A stretch of 64,000 nt of DNA from Candidatus Gastranaerophilales bacterium (GTDB lineage Bacteria; Cyanobacteriota; Vampirovibrionia; Gastranaerophilales; Gastranaerophilaceae), in assembly GCA_944325075.1 (NCBI GenBank), contig CALUYU010000002.1, forward strand, positions 6,970-70,969, read 5' to 3'. This document shows, one piece after another, positions 18,332 through 27,130 of this stretch (position 1 is its first letter; every line of letters starts with the position of its first letter). The notes beneath the pieces are model-generated. The model was given only the letters and a program-made list of their open reading frames with translations, made no database searches and was not told the origin of the DNA. The position numbers and the translations under genes were made by a program.

Positions 18332-19324
18332 ATGACAAGTGTAGCAAAAGTTAGTTTTACAGCTGATAAAACACAGGTTACAAATAAAACAGAAGAAAAT
18401 TCAAGACCTAAAAATGTAACTTATGTTTCCAAAAACCCTGACAGAACAGTAAATGCAACAGGTGTTGTTGCCGGCACAAGCGGTATGATAGGCGGTGCTG
18501 TTCTCGGTGGTACAGTCGGGCTTGTTAAACTTCCGGGAGAACTTGTCAAAACACTGGTTAAGCAGGATTATTCAAAAATAGTCGTTGATGCTGCAAACGG
18601 CTTTAAGAATTCTGTTGCGAATTCACCTGAAATGCTTAACTTTATTCAAACAATTAATAGTGCAAAATCTCCTGCTGTAGCAGAAGAGATTCTACATATT
18701 GCCGGTACAATGTCTCAACGCTTGCATGGTGCCTTTGCCAACGATCCTCATGCCGCTGCAGTAATAGATAAAGTTATTGATCCTATAGTAAAAGGATTAA
18801 GTGTTAAGAAAAACTTTAGAAGCTATGGCAGTGGTTTAAGACGCCAAATTGAGTCTCCGTTAGGGCAGTCCATTATGAAAGTTCTTGGTTTTAACAAAAA
18901 GACAAGTAAAATTGTAGGTAGCGTGACCGGAAATATTACTGAAGGTTTTGCAAAAGCTGTTGAAAATATCAGAAACTTTACACCTGAAGAAAAACAAGCT
19001 TGGAGTAAAGTTGCAAAACAAATGATGCTTGAATTTGAAAATAATCCTAAAATCAAAGTAAGTAAAGATATGCTGAAAGCAATCGGCGGTTTAGGTAAAG
19101 ATTTCAGCTGGTTCTCAGAACCATTTAAGGCAATGCAAAAATCTATTCTTGACGGAATTAAGCGCCTGGATAGAGGCCTTGGTAATGCCCCTGTTAAAAC
19201 AATTGGAAAATTCTCTTTGGCCGGTGCAGCTATCTGCGGAACTCTTTCAACTCTTGGCTGGTTCGGGCTTAAAAAGATGTTAATGAAAAAAGAAACTGAC
19301 AAATTAAATTTTGTTAATGCATAG
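18332..19324 (+). CDS. Hypothetical membrane-associated protein
   Basis: 330 aa. Gly-rich hydrophobic segment near residue 45-65 and a C-terminal TM (LAGAAICGTLSTLGWFGL). No recognised domain. Confidence 0.6.
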   Translation: MTSVAKVSFTADKTQVTNKTEENSRPKNVTYVSKNPDRTVNATGVVAGTSGMIGGAVLGGTVGLVKLPGELVKTLVKQDYSKIVVDAANGFKNSVANSPEMLNFIQTINSAKSPAVAEEILHIAGTMSQRLHGAFANDPHAAAVIDKVIDPIVKGLSVKKNFRSYGSGLRRQIESPLGQSIMKVLGFNKKTSKIVGSVTGNITEGFAKAVENIRNFTPEEKQAWSKVAKQMMLEFENNPKIKVSKDMLKAIGGLGKDFSWFSEPFKAMQKSILDGIKRLDRGLGNAPVKTIGKFSLAGAAICGTLSTLGWFGLKKMLMKKETDKLNFVNA

Positions 19325-19341
19325 CTCTATAAGCTTTTTGG

Positions 19342-19372
19342 AAAAAAGCTGAATTAAAATCAGCTTTTTTCT
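19342..19372 (+). terminator. Rho-independent terminator
   Basis: AAAAGCTGA-attaaaa-TCAGCTTTTTT. Confidence 0.75.
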
Positions 19373-19392
19373 TATTTTTAATGAAAAAGTAC

Positions 19393-19421
19393 TTGCAATT
19401 TTTGTTAAATTATATTAATAT
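19393..19421 (+). promoter_or_regulatory. Candidate promoter of the response regulator gene
   Basis: TTGCAA, 17-nt spacer, TAATAT. Confidence 0.4.
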
Positions 19422-19522
19422 AACGTTATAAATATTAAAAAAAATATAAGAAACGCAATATTTTGTAATATTTATTGGTTTAAAGTGGTGTTAGATTATC
19501 AATGTAAGGATTAAAAAAAATT

Positions 19523-20272
19523 ATGACAGAAAATATGGAACTTTCCGGGGAATCAGAAGATCGTCAAAGAATTCTTTTGGCTGATGATGAAGCAAGTATA
19601 AGAAGAATTTTAGAGACAAGGCTTAAAATGGCCGGTTATGATGTTTATACAGCAGCGGACGGAGAAGAGGCTGTAAATGCTTTTAACAAATATAACCCTG
19701 ATTTGGTTGTTTTAGATGTAATGATGCCTAAAATGGATGGATACGGTGTTACGAGAGAAATTCGTCGTACATCAGATGTTCCGATTATTATATTAACAGC
19801 ACTAGGCGATGTGTCTGAAAGAATTACCGGGTTGGAATTGGGTGCTGATGACTATGTAATCAAGCCGTTCTCCCCTAAAGAACTTGAAGCTCGTGTAAAA
19901 GCAGTATTGAGAAGAACTAATAACAGAGAAACAGTTACTCCGGCTGGAAAAGTTACTAAAAATGTAATTACAACTGGAAATATAAAAATTGATACTGCAC
20001 GTCGTCAGGTATTCCGTAAGAACGAACGTATTCGCTTAACTGGTATGGAATTTAGTTTGTTGGAATTGCTGGTTAATAATTCCGGACAGGCTTTTTCAAG
20101 AAATGAAATATTACAGCATGTTTGGGCTTATCCGCCTGATCACAGAATTGATACACGAGTTGTTGATGTTCATATATCAAGATTGCGTTCGAAACTTGAG
20201 GCGGATCCGGCAAATCCGGAATTAATCCTTACCGCTCGCGGAATTGGATATATGTTTCAGAGAATAAGTTAA
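19523..20272 (+). CDS. rpaB: OmpR-family response regulator, RpaB/Ycf27-like
   Basis: ADDEASIRRILETRL..GY.V.TAADGEEA...PDLVVLDVMMPKMDGYGV...SDVPIIILTALGDV..RITGLELGADDYVIKPFSPKELEAR is nearly collinear with cyanobacterial RpaB as I remember it. Confidence 0.8.
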   Translation: MTENMELSGESEDRQRILLADDEASIRRILETRLKMAGYDVYTAADGEEAVNAFNKYNPDLVVLDVMMPKMDGYGVTREIRRTSDVPIIILTALGDVSERITGLELGADDYVIKPFSPKELEARVKAVLRRTNNRETVTPAGKVTKNVITTGNIKIDTARRQVFRKNERIRLTGMEFSLLELLVNNSGQAFSRNEILQHVWAYPPDHRIDTRVVDVHISRLRSKLEADPANPELILTARGIGYMFQRIS

Positions 20273-20278
20273 AATTTT

Positions 20279-20332
20279 AAAAAGAGAGTTCTATAAAATT
20301 TTCATTATCTTGAAAATAGAACTCTCTTTTTA
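20279..20332 (+). terminator. Long-stem rho-independent terminator
   Basis: AAAGAGAGTTCTA ... TAGAACTCTCTTT followed by Ts. Confidence 0.75.
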
Positions 20333-20349
20333 ATTTATGGTTAAAAAAT

Positions 20350-20832
20350 ATGTCATATAAGTTATACTCGAATATCCAATTAATTGCTACAATTATTTTT
20401 TGTATTTTTGCCGGTTTTGCTTTTTTGCTCTCGTACAAAGAAGAGAAACTTTTATGTGATGTAAGTACTAATGAATGTTATGTATATAGAACTACTTACT
20501 TAAATGATGTTAATAAAATTCGCCTAATGCATCCTCGAGATGTAAATGATGTTATTATAGTAGAGAGTGATAGAAGGGTTCGTAATAATCATAGAAAAAG
20601 AGAAACCTCAAGATATATATTAAAATTTGTAAGCTTTGATGGTAAAGAAGAACGGATTTTTTCAAGTGATTTTCCCTCATATAGTACAGCCGTGAGTCTA
20701 GCAAATCAGATTAAATCAAAATTTAAAAGCGGAAATAATATAATAGAAGTTAGCCGTAAAAAAGTTCTGGACAAAAAAAGTTTTTATGATATGATAATTC
20801 AAGTGATTTTCCCTCATATAGTACAGCCGTGA
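20350..20832 (+). CDS. Hypothetical membrane protein whose 3' end is altered by a 137-bp tandem duplication
   Basis: 160 aa with an N-terminal TM. The reading frame crosses the duplication junction at 20797/20798 and changes frame. A single-copy version would end ...KKSFYDMIN*. Confidence 0.6.
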   Translation: MSYKLYSNIQLIATIIFCIFAGFAFLLSYKEEKLLCDVSTNECYVYRTTYLNDVNKIRLMHPRDVNDVIIVESDRRVRNNHRKRETSRYILKFVSFDGKEERIFSSDFPSYSTAVSLANQIKSKFKSGNNIIEVSRKKVLDKKSFYDMIIQVIFPHIVQP

Positions 20833-20934
20833 GTCTAGCAAATCAGATTAAATCAAAATTTAAAAGCGGAAATAATATAATAGAAGTTAGCCGTAAAAAA
20901 GTTCTGGACAAAAAAAGTTTTTATGATATGATAA
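20661..20934 (+). repeat. Perfect 137-bp direct tandem duplication (2 copies)
   Basis: 20661-20797 and 20798-20934 are identical base for base on manual comparison. Confidence 0.95.
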
Positions 20935-20953
20935 ATTAGTAACGAATATAAAT

Positions 20954-21030
20954 GGCGTCTGTCGTCAAGTGGTTAAGACCTCGGATTGTGGTTCCGATAT
21001 GCATGGGTTCGAATCCCATCAGACGCCCCA
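20954..21030 (+). tRNA. tRNA-His (anticodon GUG) with encoded G-1 and CCA
   Basis: G-1 followed by acceptor GCGTCTG pairing with CAGACGC, and C73. Anticodon stem TCGGA/TCCGA with loop TTGTGGT. T arm ATGGG-TTCGAAT-CCCAT. Confidence 0.95.
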
Positions 21031-21095
21031 TTTTATCTTTAAAGAGTGTTTTATTTGTTAGAATTTTTATTATATATTTATCTAAGAGGATTGCA

Positions 21096-21494
21096 ATGTC
21101 CAGATTATCCGAACGTATTGAAAATTTCAACAAATCATTTCAAATTTTTTCGGAAGCTGTGAAAGAGTATAAAGAGCATAAAATAAATGTGCTTACACAT
21201 ATGGCTTTAATACAGTCTTTTGAAATTTGCTTTGAATTGGCTTGGAAGATATTAAAGGATTATCTTGCTCTTAACGGAGTTAAAGTGTTTCTTCCTAAAG
21301 AGGTAATTAAAGAAGCTTTTGCAAATGAAGTTATTCCTGATGGACAAGTTTGGATTGATATGTTAGATGCTCGCAATTCTGCTTCTCATGAATATAATTT
21401 AGAGAAAGTAAGTTTAATATTAGATAAAGTATCAACTATTTATTTCAAGGAATTAGATCGTTTTTCTCAACAAATAAAGGATTTCTATGAATAA
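21096..21494 (+). CDS. HEPN-domain protein, HI0074-type nucleotidyltransferase substrate-binding family (toxin-like partner)
   Basis: The track ORF (from 20952) overlaps tRNA-His, so I trimmed it to ATG 21096 with SD AAGAGGA. R-x4-H motif in DARNSASHEY. Confidence 0.75.
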   Translation: MSRLSERIENFNKSFQIFSEAVKEYKEHKINVLTHMALIQSFEICFELAWKILKDYLALNGVKVFLPKEVIKEAFANEVIPDGQVWIDMLDARNSASHEYNLEKVSLILDKVSTIYFKELDRFSQQIKDFYE

Positions 21495-21789
21495 ACATGG
21501 ATTGCCGCAGAGAACAATTGATGAACTTTTGGATTATTTTTTGTCAAATCCTGAAATTGAAAAAGTTTTAATTTTTGGTTCTCGAGCTAAGGGAACTTAT
21601 CATGCTGGATCAGATATTGATTTTGCAATTTGGACAAAAGATCATGAGAATTTCTTCAAGATTTCAGCGCGGCTTGATGAGCTGCCAACTCCATATAAGT
21701 TTGATATTATTGACTATAGAGCTTTAATGAATGAGGGCTTGAAGACAAGTATAGATAATGACGGAATTTTGTTTTATGAAAAAAAATAG
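21487..21789 (+). CDS. Minimal nucleotidyltransferase (MNT) domain protein (antitoxin-like partner)
   Basis: FGSRAKGTYHAGSDIDFAI matches the GSxxxG..SD[IL]D Pol-beta NTase motif. 8-nt overlap with the HEPN gene. Confidence 0.8.
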   Translation: MNKHGLPQRTIDELLDYFLSNPEIEKVLIFGSRAKGTYHAGSDIDFAIWTKDHENFFKISARLDELPTPYKFDIIDYRALMNEGLKTSIDNDGILFYEKK

Positions 21790-21798
21790 TAAAGCTGA

Positions 21799-23526
21799 TT
21801 AGTCGCTAAAAAAATCATCAGTTTTTACTTCATTATGGAGATAATTTTTGTTTGGTACAAATAAAGCGAATAAATTTCTTAAACCCGGAGCATTTGTATC
21901 ACTTCCCATATACGGAAAAACTACTGCAGTCGTTGCCATGATATGCTTGTCCTGCCGTATTAGCTTTAGAAAGTTAATTTGATCTTTTTTATTAATATTA
22001 TCTATCCAATTAATGTTTCTGGTATCAATACTTATTATGTCGTCATTATTCTCACGGTTAGCATATTTTATATTTTTTTTAACTCTGTTTGTCGCGGCAT
22101 CGGTTGCAAGTACCGACGCAAATAGCAGGTTTACATTTTTATCCCGGAGTGTATGACCTTTGGATTCTAATCCGTAATCAAACATTTCATACATGATTGT
22201 ATTACCAGAAATAAAGCAGTCATCAAGGACTACAATTGTAGATTTTTCAGGTAGTTTGAAATCAATATTAAGCTGGTGCCCTGAGCCAATCCAATATACA
22301 ATTTTGTCATTTGAAATATTATTTGCTTTTTGAAATTGATACGTGATTAAACCAAAACTTTTGTTCGGGTGTAGAATTGTATAGTAAATATTGTCTTCAG
22401 AATATCCTTTTTGCCGAACATTCTCTAAAATTTTTTCATGCAGAAGCTGCAGTTTTTTACTCAATGATCTTGACGAGTAAATTGCAAGATTTGTATTTAG
22501 GTAATCAAGAAGCAGCCTTTCCGCCTGATTATTATCTATTTTGCCATTTCCCTCTACTATCTTTTTTATTGCCTCCTCAAATTCCGATTCAGAGGGTATT
22601 ACCGGATTGAGATTTTCTGCAATAGTTCTTGATGTAATTTCGTTATTTTTTATTGTCGGTATTCTGATGGGTGTAAATCCCAGTTCCTTAATCCGATTTA
22701 AATTATTAAAATTAAAAATTATATCCGGAATTTTTTCAGTTGGGAAAGATTTTATGCTTTTTTTTAGAATGTCATATTTTTGAGCTGCCTTAAGCGCTAT
22801 TTCATCAAATGCCTTCCCTTGATTTAAAAAGTTATATGAATTTTCGAAATCGTCAATGTAAATTGGGATTAAATTTTTATTTTCCAAAAAATCTTCCTTA
22901 AATTTATTCGGAGAAGATTTTTTTAGTTCTTCAAGCATTGTTATTGAATTTTTGTCCAAAATCAACCCCAATTTTTGACTTCTATAGTCCATGGCATATT
23001 TAAAACATGTTAAATAATCCATTATGCAGCCTAGAGGAATTCCAATACCTTTAGGAATTTCTGTTACAAAATCCGTATAATTTATAGGAAAAATATTCTT
23101 AAAAAAGTTTATATCATTTTGTGGCTCAATCTTTTTTTCACGGTATACAAAAAATTCCAAATAGTCGTAAATTCCGAGGATGTGCTGTTCAGAAAGACTT
23201 TTAGCAAGATAATTCATTGATTTATAACTGCTGTATGACGTCAATCTGTGTAGCAGTCCTAGAATTTCATCTTTCTTCAGATCCGGAAATTTGTTGCTGA
23301 TTTTATTTATAGTTTTATCTATATCCTCGTCGCTTAGAACTTCCAGATTATTTTGAATATTATTATAAGTTTTTTTGAAGTACTCTGTATTCGAGGGCTT
23401 ATTTGGAGTAAAGGTGTCTTCTTCAGTTTGGATTTTAAGTCCGGTAAAACCTTGTCTCAGAGAGGGATCAACAAGTTTTACCAGTTTTCTTGTACAAATC
23501 GGACTATTTATTATTGGTAAAATCAT
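21799..23526 (-). CDS. Hypothetical 575-aa protein with a C-terminal phosphoribosyltransferase-like motif
   Basis: STIVVLDDCFISGNT resembles the PRPP loop (hhhhDDxxxSGxT). The rest is unrecognised. The gene looks more AT-rich than its neighbours by eye. Confidence 0.5.
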   Translation of the reverse strand: MILPIINSPICTRKLVKLVDPSLRQGFTGLKIQTEEDTFTPNKPSNTEYFKKTYNNIQNNLEVLSDEDIDKTINKISNKFPDLKKDEILGLLHRLTSYSSYKSMNYLAKSLSEQHILGIYDYLEFFVYREKKIEPQNDINFFKNIFPINYTDFVTEIPKGIGIPLGCIMDYLTCFKYAMDYRSQKLGLILDKNSITMLEELKKSSPNKFKEDFLENKNLIPIYIDDFENSYNFLNQGKAFDEIALKAAQKYDILKKSIKSFPTEKIPDIIFNFNNLNRIKELGFTPIRIPTIKNNEITSRTIAENLNPVIPSESEFEEAIKKIVEGNGKIDNNQAERLLLDYLNTNLAIYSSRSLSKKLQLLHEKILENVRQKGYSEDNIYYTILHPNKSFGLITYQFQKANNISNDKIVYWIGSGHQLNIDFKLPEKSTIVVLDDCFISGNTIMYEMFDYGLESKGHTLRDKNVNLLFASVLATDAATNRVKKNIKYANRENNDDIISIDTRNINWIDNINKKDQINFLKLIRQDKHIMATTAVVFPYMGSDTNAPGLRNLFALFVPNKNYLHNEVKTDDFFSD

Positions 23527-23614
23527 TTTTATATTATTTCCAGCCGGAAGCTATACTTGAAGAGGTGGGGAAAATCTTGTACTAAAAATATTTCTGGAAG
23601 GTGTCTTTATTGGT

Positions 23615-24232
23615 TTATACTTCCGGATTATATTTGTAATTTGGGTCGGAAATTCGATCGTTAAGCTTTTGAATAATCATCTTGTTGCGGTCTACAAATT
23701 GATTATAAACTTTTCCGTATGGAGTTCCCGGACTTGCATATACTGTGCAGGCATAATCTCTGTATTTAGGAAATTGTTCAGGAAATTTTTTCAAAAATCT
23801 GTTATATGCTTTACAGAACATCTGTAATGGGGTAAAGTCCTTGTATCCAAGTACATCTCCTGTCCACCATGCATCTCCGTCCTGACCGATCATATCAGAG
23901 TAATCTTCACCGTGTCTAAGTAGATTATATACGTTACAATGTTCTTCAAGCCATCGCTCTTCTCCCGGTTTTTTCTCTGCATTGTTCAATACAAGAATAT
24001 CGCAATTGTAATCTTTTTCCAATTGCTTTAATGCTTTTTGGTGATTTTTAAATTTATTTTTAGCTTCTGCAACTTGCTCATCAGACAAATTCGGGCTGAA
24101 TATAAGTGCTTTAAATGGAACATTTGAAAAATTATGACTATTTAATTTGTTAATCATTTCAAGCCTTTCTGCAACTTTTACCTTGTTTATATTAATACAT
24201 GGGCAAAAATTTTTTTGCTGAAATGTTAACAT
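23615..24232 (-). CDS. Hypothetical protein
   Basis: 205 aa. Starts 3 nt after the stop of the oxidoreductase gene upstream. No motif recognised. Confidence 0.6.
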   Translation of the reverse strand: MLTFQQKNFCPCININKVKVAERLEMINKLNSHNFSNVPFKALIFSPNLSDEQVAEAKNKFKNHQKALKQLEKDYNCDILVLNNAEKKPGEERWLEEHCNVYNLLRHGEDYSDMIGQDGDAWWTGDVLGYKDFTPLQMFCKAYNRFLKKFPEQFPKYRDYACTVYASPGTPYGKVYNQFVDRNKMIIQKLNDRISDPNYKYNPEV

Positions 24233-24235
24233 TAT

Positions 24236-25615
24236 TTAAGTTAACTCTGTTTTTTGAGATTCACCTTCAATTTTACCCTTTAAAATTTGTGCCGCATTGA
24301 GAAGAGGATCGATTGTAGGTGAAAACGGTGGGGCATAAGTAAGGTCATTTTGCTCAAATTCTTTAACTGTAAGTCCGGCAAGTAGTGCTGTTGCGAGCGT
24401 GTTAATCCTTTTGTCGCTGTCACCTGCGCCTATTGATTGCCCGCCGAGAAGTTTCCCTGTTTTTTTATCTGCTACAAGCTTTAGCCGTATATTTTTTGCA
24501 TCGGGCATATAGCCGACTTTATCAAATTTTGTTACGATTACTGAGGCTGTTTTAATATTGTATTTTTGTGCGGCCTTTTCTGTTAGGCCAGTCATTGCAA
24601 CTGTAAGTTTCAGGCACCGTGTGACTGCCGATAACAACACTCCTTCAAATTCATCAAAACCTCCGCAAGCATTGATTGCGGCACAGCGTCCGCTTTTATT
24701 GGCAACTGATCCAAGAGGCATCCATACCGGTGTATTTGTTATTATGAGATTTTCTTCGGAACAATCACCACAGGCATATATATCAGGAATTGATGTTTCC
24801 ATTCTTTTGTTAATCTCAATTGCTCCGGTTTCTCCAATTTTAATTCCCGCATCACGTGCCAGCTCTACATTTGGGCGAACACCAACGCATATGATAACTA
24901 TATCACAATCTATTATTCTTCCGTTAGCCGTTTCAGCACTTGTAACTCCGTCAACATTTCCGCAAAATTCAATAACCGCATCCGAGGTCACAATTTCGAA
25001 CTTATTTTCTTTTATTAGGTTAAGCTGCTCTTTAATATATATGGACATATCCTCATCAAGACCGGGCATCAGATACTCACTCCGCTCAATAAGAGTTGTA
25101 TAAACATTATTTTTAACAAATGCTTCAAGCATTTCAAGGCCGATATAGCCGCCCCCTATTATAACTGCTCTTTTACTATTTTGCATTTGTTTTTTTATAT
25201 TTATTGCATCCTCAATTTTTCTTACCGTATAAATGTGTTTGAAGCAATTATTCTTAATCGGAGGGATAACTGGGCTTGCACCGGTTGCAATTATAAGTTT
25301 GTCATATGTATCAAGAAAAGCATTTTGATTATCGAGATTTTGGACAAGAATTTGTTTACTTTCGGGAAGAATTTTTGATACTTTATGTCTCAGACGAACT
25401 TTAATGCCGCTGGCTTCAAATTCTTCTGGAGAACGAACCAGAAGTGTCTTGTAATCATCAAAATTTCCTTCAATAAAATACGGAATTCCACAGGCCGAAT
25501 AAGATACGTGAGTATCATCTGTATATATAATTATTTCTCCATCCCGGAGATTTCTTCTTGCCTTAGCTGCTGCCTTTGCACCGGCGGCAACACCACCTAT
25601 AATTACTATTTTCAT
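24236..25615 (-). CDS. Pyridine nucleotide-disulfide oxidoreductase, NADH oxidase/CoA-disulfide reductase family
   Basis: MKIVIIGGVAAGAKAA, single redox Cys in SYSACGIPY, second dinucleotide fold AVIIGGGYIGLE. Confidence 0.8.
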   Translation of the reverse strand: MKIVIIGGVAAGAKAAAKARRNLRDGEIIIYTDDTHVSYSACGIPYFIEGNFDDYKTLLVRSPEEFEASGIKVRLRHKVSKILPESKQILVQNLDNQNAFLDTYDKLIIATGASPVIPPIKNNCFKHIYTVRKIEDAINIKKQMQNSKRAVIIGGGYIGLEMLEAFVKNNVYTTLIERSEYLMPGLDEDMSIYIKEQLNLIKENKFEIVTSDAVIEFCGNVDGVTSAETANGRIIDCDIVIICVGVRPNVELARDAGIKIGETGAIEINKRMETSIPDIYACGDCSEENLIITNTPVWMPLGSVANKSGRCAAINACGGFDEFEGVLLSAVTRCLKLTVAMTGLTEKAAQKYNIKTASVIVTKFDKVGYMPDAKNIRLKLVADKKTGKLLGGQSIGAGDSDKRINTLATALLAGLTVKEFEQNDLTYAPPFSPTIDPLLNAAQILKGKIEGESQKTELT

Positions 25616-25621
25616 ACCTTA

Positions 25622-25627
25622 AATATA
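25622..25627 (-). promoter_or_regulatory. -10-like TATATT 6 nt before the ATG at 25615 (candidate leaderless promoter)
   Basis: The minus strand reads TATATT-taaggt-ATG. Confidence 0.35.
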
Positions 25628-25675
25628 GAAAATAGTAAAAATTTTTATATTCCCTAAAAGCGTATAATATTATAA

Positions 25676-25816
25676 CTAATTTAATCCCGATGTTGCAAGA
25701 AATGAGTCCCGCATAAATTCACAGTAACAATCAAGATCACTTTTAAATTCTTCTGCCTTATCAACCAAGTCTTTTAATTCAATTATTAGTCCTTTGAGCT
25801 TTAATTCTTCATACAT
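25676..25816 (-). CDS. Candidate small protein (46 aa)
   Basis: Below the track cutoff. Strong SD AGGAGA 7 nt before the ATG. Translation: MYEELKLKGLIIELKDLVDKAEEFKSDLDCYCEFMRDSFLATSGLN. Confidence 0.3.
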   Translation of the reverse strand: MYEELKLKGLIIELKDLVDKAEEFKSDLDCYCEFMRDSFLATSGLN

Positions 25817-26027
25817 TTTCCCGTCTCCTAATAAATATATTCACTATATCGGTATTCGGCAGGCAAAACTTTACTTTAAGAATAAAAATTGTTACAAAAC
25901 TTATACAATTTATATTTTAAACAGCAGTTAGCGGTATAACCTTATGAAAAATTTGATTTATTCCTTTTGAAAATTAAATAAGAGACAGCTTTCATGCTAT
26001 AATTTTAACAGAAAGGAATAGCGGCCA

Positions 26028-27104
26028 ATGGGTGATGAGGACAAGCAATATGATGCCACGCCCCGTAAGCTTGAACAAGCACGTAAGGAAGGGCAGGTTG
26101 TTAAATCAAAAGATTTTTCAATGGCAGTGTCTTTGCTTGTGCTTTTTTCTGTGATTTTTGGGCTGTCATCCTTTGTGTGGGGTCAAATTGCGCAGCTCTT
26201 TACATTGATGTATGAACAAATTCCAAATGCCCATGTTGAAAAAATCGGATTGACTTATATTTTCACGGTAACAGTTAAAACTGCCTTACTGATTATTGGG
26301 CCTATTCTCTTTGTTGCCTGGCTTGTTGCGATACTTGCCGATTTTATCCAGGTAGGGCCCCTGGTTGCAATTGCACCGCTTGTTCCAAAGCTGGATAAGC
26401 TTAACCCTACAAAATATTTTAAGAATATTATGTCTATAAAAACATTGTTTGAGCTTTTTAAAAATATTTTGAAGGTTGTCCTCTTGGGTTATATCGGGTG
26501 GATGGTTTACAAAGATCACATCGAAAACATTCTTATGCTGGCCGCTATCGATAATAACTTTGCAGTTTTAATCGAGTTTGGAAAGCTTGTTACCGAATTT
26601 ATTTTTAAGGCTTGTATTGCCTTCCTGGTTATTGCAGCAGCTGATTACGGAGTTACTAAATGGAAGTTTCTTAAAGACCAAAAAATGTCTTTCAAGGAAA
26701 TTAAGGATGAGTATAAAAATACTGAAGGTGATCCGAATGTAAAAGCAGCTCTGCGCCAACGTCGTATGCAAATGCTCCAAAGAGGCATGATGGATGCAGT
26801 ACCGGATGCGGATTTTGTCGTGACAAACCCAATACATGTTGCCTGTGCCCTGAAATATAATTCGGAAGAAATGGAGTCTCCTATGCTTGTTGCTAAAGGG
26901 ACTGAGCTTATTGCAAAAAAAATTATCGGAATTGCAAGAGAGCATGGGGTTCCGGTTATTGAAAACCCTCCGGTTGCAAGGGCACTGTTTAAAATGGTCG
27001 ATTTAAACCAGCAAATTCCGCCGGAACTCTATAAGGCTGTTGCCGAAATTTTACTTTTTGTTTACAACTTGAAAAATAAACAAAAACAGAGTAATATTAA
27101 TTAA
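26028..27104 (+). CDS. flhB: Flagellar type III export switch protein FlhB
   Basis: N-terminal KQYDATPRKLEQARKEGQV, four TMs, and an autocleavage motif present as NPIH (usually NPTH). Confidence 0.9.
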   Translation: MGDEDKQYDATPRKLEQARKEGQVVKSKDFSMAVSLLVLFSVIFGLSSFVWGQIAQLFTLMYEQIPNAHVEKIGLTYIFTVTVKTALLIIGPILFVAWLVAILADFIQVGPLVAIAPLVPKLDKLNPTKYFKNIMSIKTLFELFKNILKVVLLGYIGWMVYKDHIENILMLAAIDNNFAVLIEFGKLVTEFIFKACIAFLVIAAADYGVTKWKFLKDQKMSFKEIKDEYKNTEGDPNVKAALRQRRMQMLQRGMMDAVPDADFVVTNPIHVACALKYNSEEMESPMLVAKGTELIAKKIIGIAREHGVPVIENPPVARALFKMVDLNQQIPPELYKAVAEILLFVYNLKNKQKQSNIN

Positions 27105-27130
27105 GAAACATTATAGTCTATTTTTTAATC

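Noticed and set aside
20952-21095. N-terminal extension of the track ORF 20952-21494
   Set aside because: It overlaps tRNA-His on the same strand. A proper ATG with an SD at 21096 gives a normal-length HEPN protein.
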